From Myxococcota bacterium (GTDB taxonomy: Bacteria > Myxococcota_A > UBA9160 > UBA4427), in assembly GCA_965250285.1 (NCBI GenBank), contig OZ252299.1:5024001-5088000 (forward strand): a stretch of 64,000 nt of DNA. The letters are read 5' to 3'. This document shows, one piece after another, positions 61,400-64,000 of this stretch. Each line of letters begins with the position of its first letter. The first letter of the stretch is position 1. The translations under genes were made by a program, and so were the position numbers. The notes beneath the pieces were generated by a model that was given only the letters and a program-made list of their open reading frames with translations, did no database searches and had not been told where the DNA came from.

Positions 61400-62200
61400 A
61401 TGCCCGCAGCTCCCGCACCGACGGCTCCGGCGACCGATGGCGCCGGCAGCATCGACAAGGCGATCGACGTGCTGTTCCACCTGCATGCGCAGCCCGAGCC
61501 CCAGGGCGTGTCGGCGGTGGGGCGCGCGCTGGGCCTACCGAAATCGAGTGTGCATCGGCTCTTGCGCGCGCTGACCCGACGCGGGCTGGTCGAGCGCGAT
61601 GACGGCGGGCAATACCGCATGGGGGTCGGGCTCGTAGCGCTCGGGCAGGCGGTGCTCGACCGGGAGCCCGTCGCCGTTGCGGCGCGGCCGGTGCTCGAGG
61701 CCAACGCCCGTGCCCATGGCGAGACGTTCTTTCTGGTGGCCGCGCGCGGTGGCCAGCTCGTGGTGCTCGACAAAGCGGAGGGCGACGGGTTTCTGCGCGC
61801 GGCGCCGCGGGTGGGCGCCAGCGTGCCGGCCTTTGCAACTGCGGCGGGCAAGCTCTACCGGGCCTTTGCCCCGAACGAGATCGATTGGCCCGCCGAACCC
61901 GAAGCCTTCACCGATCGGACGCTGACCGAGGTCGGCGTCCTCGATCGCGCCGCCGTGAGCGCGCGCCGCAAGGGCTACGCGCGCAACCAGGACGAGTGGA
62001 TCCGCGGGCTCACGGTCGTCGCAGCGCCCGTCATGCTCGCCGGGCGGCTCGCGGGCGCGGTCGCCATCGCGGGCGCCACCTCGAGCATGCGCGCGCTCGG
62101 TGACGAGCGGGGGCGTGATCTCGTTCTCGAAGCGGCCAGAGACATCCAATCGAGGCTCTCGGGCGCGGCTGCGTCCGTGCGCACGGAGACATCGAGATGA
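61400..62200 (+). CDS. IclR-family transcriptional regulator
   Basis: SIDKAIDVL, GLPKSSVHRLL HTH, ATAAGK, GYA..QDEW..GL..VAAPV. Confidence 0.92.
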   Translation: MPAAPAPTAPATDGAGSIDKAIDVLFHLHAQPEPQGVSAVGRALGLPKSSVHRLLRALTRRGLVERDDGGQYRMGVGLVALGQAVLDREPVAVAARPVLEANARAHGETFFLVAARGGQLVVLDKAEGDGFLRAAPRVGASVPAFATAAGKLYRAFAPNEIDWPAEPEAFTDRTLTEVGVLDRAAVSARRKGYARNQDEWIRGLTVVAAPVMLAGRLAGAVAIAGATSSMRALGDERGRDLVLEAARDIQSRLSGAAASVRTETSR

Positions 62201-63090
62201 CGGCTTCCCAGACCCCGCGCCGAACGTACTGGCTCGACGATCGAATCGTCGACGAGCGCGATGCCGTGCTGCCTGTGCTCGACCACGGCCTGCTCTACGG
62301 CGACGGCCTCTTCGAGGGCATCCGCATCTGCGGTCGCCGCGTCTACCGACTCGCCGATCATCTGCGCAGGCTCACGGTCGGCGCCAAGGCGATCGGGCTC
62401 GCGCTGCCGGGTGGCGTGCCCGCATGCGAGAAGGCGGTGCTCGAGACGGCGCGCGCCCACGACAGCGACGACGCCTACGTGCGTCTGATCGTCACCCGCG
62501 GCGTCGGCGAGCTCGGCGTCGACCCCGCGACGTGCCACGAGCCACGCCTCATCGTGATCGTCTCCGACATCGCGATGTATCCCGAGGAAAAGCGCCGAGC
62601 CGGGCTCTCGCTCGTCACGTCGAGCCTGCGCCGCCCCCAGGCGGGTGTGCTCGACCCGGGCGTCAAGAGCCTCAACTACCTCAACAGCGTGCTGGCCAAG
62701 CGTGAAGCCCGCCTGCACGGCGCCGATGAGGCGCTGCTCCTCAACGCGCAGGGACAGGTCGCCGAGGCGAGCGGGGCCAACGTGTTCGCCGTGCGCGATG
62801 GCGTGCTCTCGACGCCACCCGCGACCGATGGTGCGCTGCCCGGCATCACCCGCCGCGGCGTGCTCGAGCTCGCCACCCAGCTCGGCTTCGAGACCCGTGA
62901 GCGCACACTCGGTCGCGTCGATCTGTGGGATGCAGACGAGGTCTTCCTCACCGGTTCGGGCGCACGCATCGTACCGGTGGCCCGCCTCGACGGGCAGGCA
63001 ATCGGCTCGGGCCACACGATTCGCCCGGTCACCGATGCGCTGCTCGCGGCCTTCCCCGACTACGCGCGCGAGCACGGCACGGCCTTCTGA
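62197..63090 (+). CDS. ilvE: Class IV PLP aminotransferase (branched-chain amino acid aminotransferase-like)
   Basis: [43 protein letters not shown]. Confidence 0.85.
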   Translation: MTASQTPRRTYWLDDRIVDERDAVLPVLDHGLLYGDGLFEGIRICGRRVYRLADHLRRLTVGAKAIGLALPGGVPACEKAVLETARAHDSDDAYVRLIVTRGVGELGVDPATCHEPRLIVIVSDIAMYPEEKRRAGLSLVTSSLRRPQAGVLDPGVKSLNYLNSVLAKREARLHGADEALLLNAQGQVAEASGANVFAVRDGVLSTPPATDGALPGITRRGVLELATQLGFETRERTLGRVDLWDADEVFLTGSGARIVPVARLDGQAIGSGHTIRPVTDALLAAFPDYAREHGTAF

Positions 63091-63163
63091 TCGAGCGCGA
63101 TCGAGCCACCCGCAGGCCCATCGACTGCTAATCTGCCGCCTCTGGCAACCAGAGGAGGCGACC

Positions 63164-64000
63164 GTGCGTTGGTCCCAGGCCCATATCCCCACTTTGCGCG
63201 ACGACCCGGCCGACGCCGAGGCGATCAGTCACAAGCTGCTCGTGCGCGCCGGGTTCATTCGTCAGCTCGTATCGGGTGTGTACTCGGTGCTGCCGCTCGG
63301 TGAGCGCGTCGTGCGCAAGATCGAGCAGATCATTCGAGACGAGATCGACGAGATCGGGGGTCAGGAGTTCAGCCTGCCGAGCCTCCAGCCGCGAGACCTG
63401 TGGGAGAAGAGCGGCCGCTGGGACGTGATGGGCCAGGAGATGTTCAAGTTCGAGGATCGTCGCGGCGCCGATACCGGCCTCGCGATGACGCACGAAGAGG
63501 TGTTCACGCACCTCGCGCTCGAGCTGCGCAGCTACAAGCAGCTGCCGCAGATCTGGTACCAGTTCGGCAAGAAGTTTCGCGACGAGGCGCGCCCCAAGAG
63601 CGGGCTGCTGCGCGTCCGCGAGTTCATCATGAAGGATTCGTACTCGTTCGACGTCGACGAAGCCGGCCTCGACCATGCGTTCGATCGCCACTTCGACGCC
63701 TATCGACGCATCTTCAGTCGCATCGGCTTCGATGCCGTCGCCGTCGAAGCCTCGTCGGGCGCCATGGGCGGCAACACCTCGATCGAGTTCATGTTGCGCA
63801 GCGACGCCGGAGAAGACTGGATCGTCGTCTGTCCTGCGTGTGGTTACGCAGCGAACACCGAGAAGGCGACCAGCCGCGTCGGCGAAGTGACGGATGATGC
63901 GCCGCCGGCGAGCCCCGAGAAGTTCCCCACGCCGGGGATCCGCACGATCGACGAGCTCGCCGCAAAGGAGTCGTTCGCATCGGCCGAGCGTCAGATCAAG
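63164..64000 (+). CDS. proS: Proline--tRNA ligase (truncated by window end; absent from the ORF track)
   Basis: GTG after AGGAGG; translates to [34 protein letters not shown]...THEEV...[26 protein letters not shown]. Confidence 0.95.
   Translation, partial: MRWSQAHIPTLRDDPADAEAISHKLLVRAGFIRQLVSGVYSVLPLGERVVRKIEQIIRDEIDEIGGQEFSLPSLQPRDLWEKSGRWDVMGQEMFKFEDRRGADTGLAMTHEEVFTHLALELRSYKQLPQIWYQFGKKFRDEARPKSGLLRVREFIMKDSYSFDVDEAGLDHAFDRHFDAYRRIFSRIGFDAVAVEASSGAMGGNTSIEFMLRSDAGEDWIVVCPACGYAANTEKATSRVGEVTDDAPPASPEKFPTPGIRTIDELAAKESFASAERQIK

Overview
High-GC bacterial chromosomal segment. The gene content (PEP-CTERM proteins, Leptospira-type CimA, a sigma54 promoter) suggests a Myxococcota/deltaproteobacterial lineage, but that is inference only. 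Mostly housekeeping genes: hisBHAF, rpsU-dnaG-rpoD, tRNA-Ile2(CAT), glcDEF, cimA, an RluA-family synthase, copA-csoR with its operator, lnt, a tRNA nucleotidyltransferase, smr, mutY, sfsA, fabI, acs, pepP, rnd, iclR, an ilvE-like gene and the start of proS. No prophage, transposase, integrase or CRISPR array was seen. Highlights: (1) a candidate unannotated sigma54-driven non-coding RNA of about 320 nt (58263-58581), with enhancer-like palindromes and an IHF-like site upstream, a three-way junction, a CA-rich repeat tract and its own terminator; (2) an inorganic-carbon locus (46778-54402) combining DabAB, a canonical beta-carbonic anhydrase, a beta-CA homolog lacking its catalytic motif, an 80-aa ORF and a wHTH regulator with a visible operator array; (3) a tandem 135-bp long-hairpin element; (4) several uncharacterised envelope modules. 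Start codons were re-picked from the sequence and are approximate.
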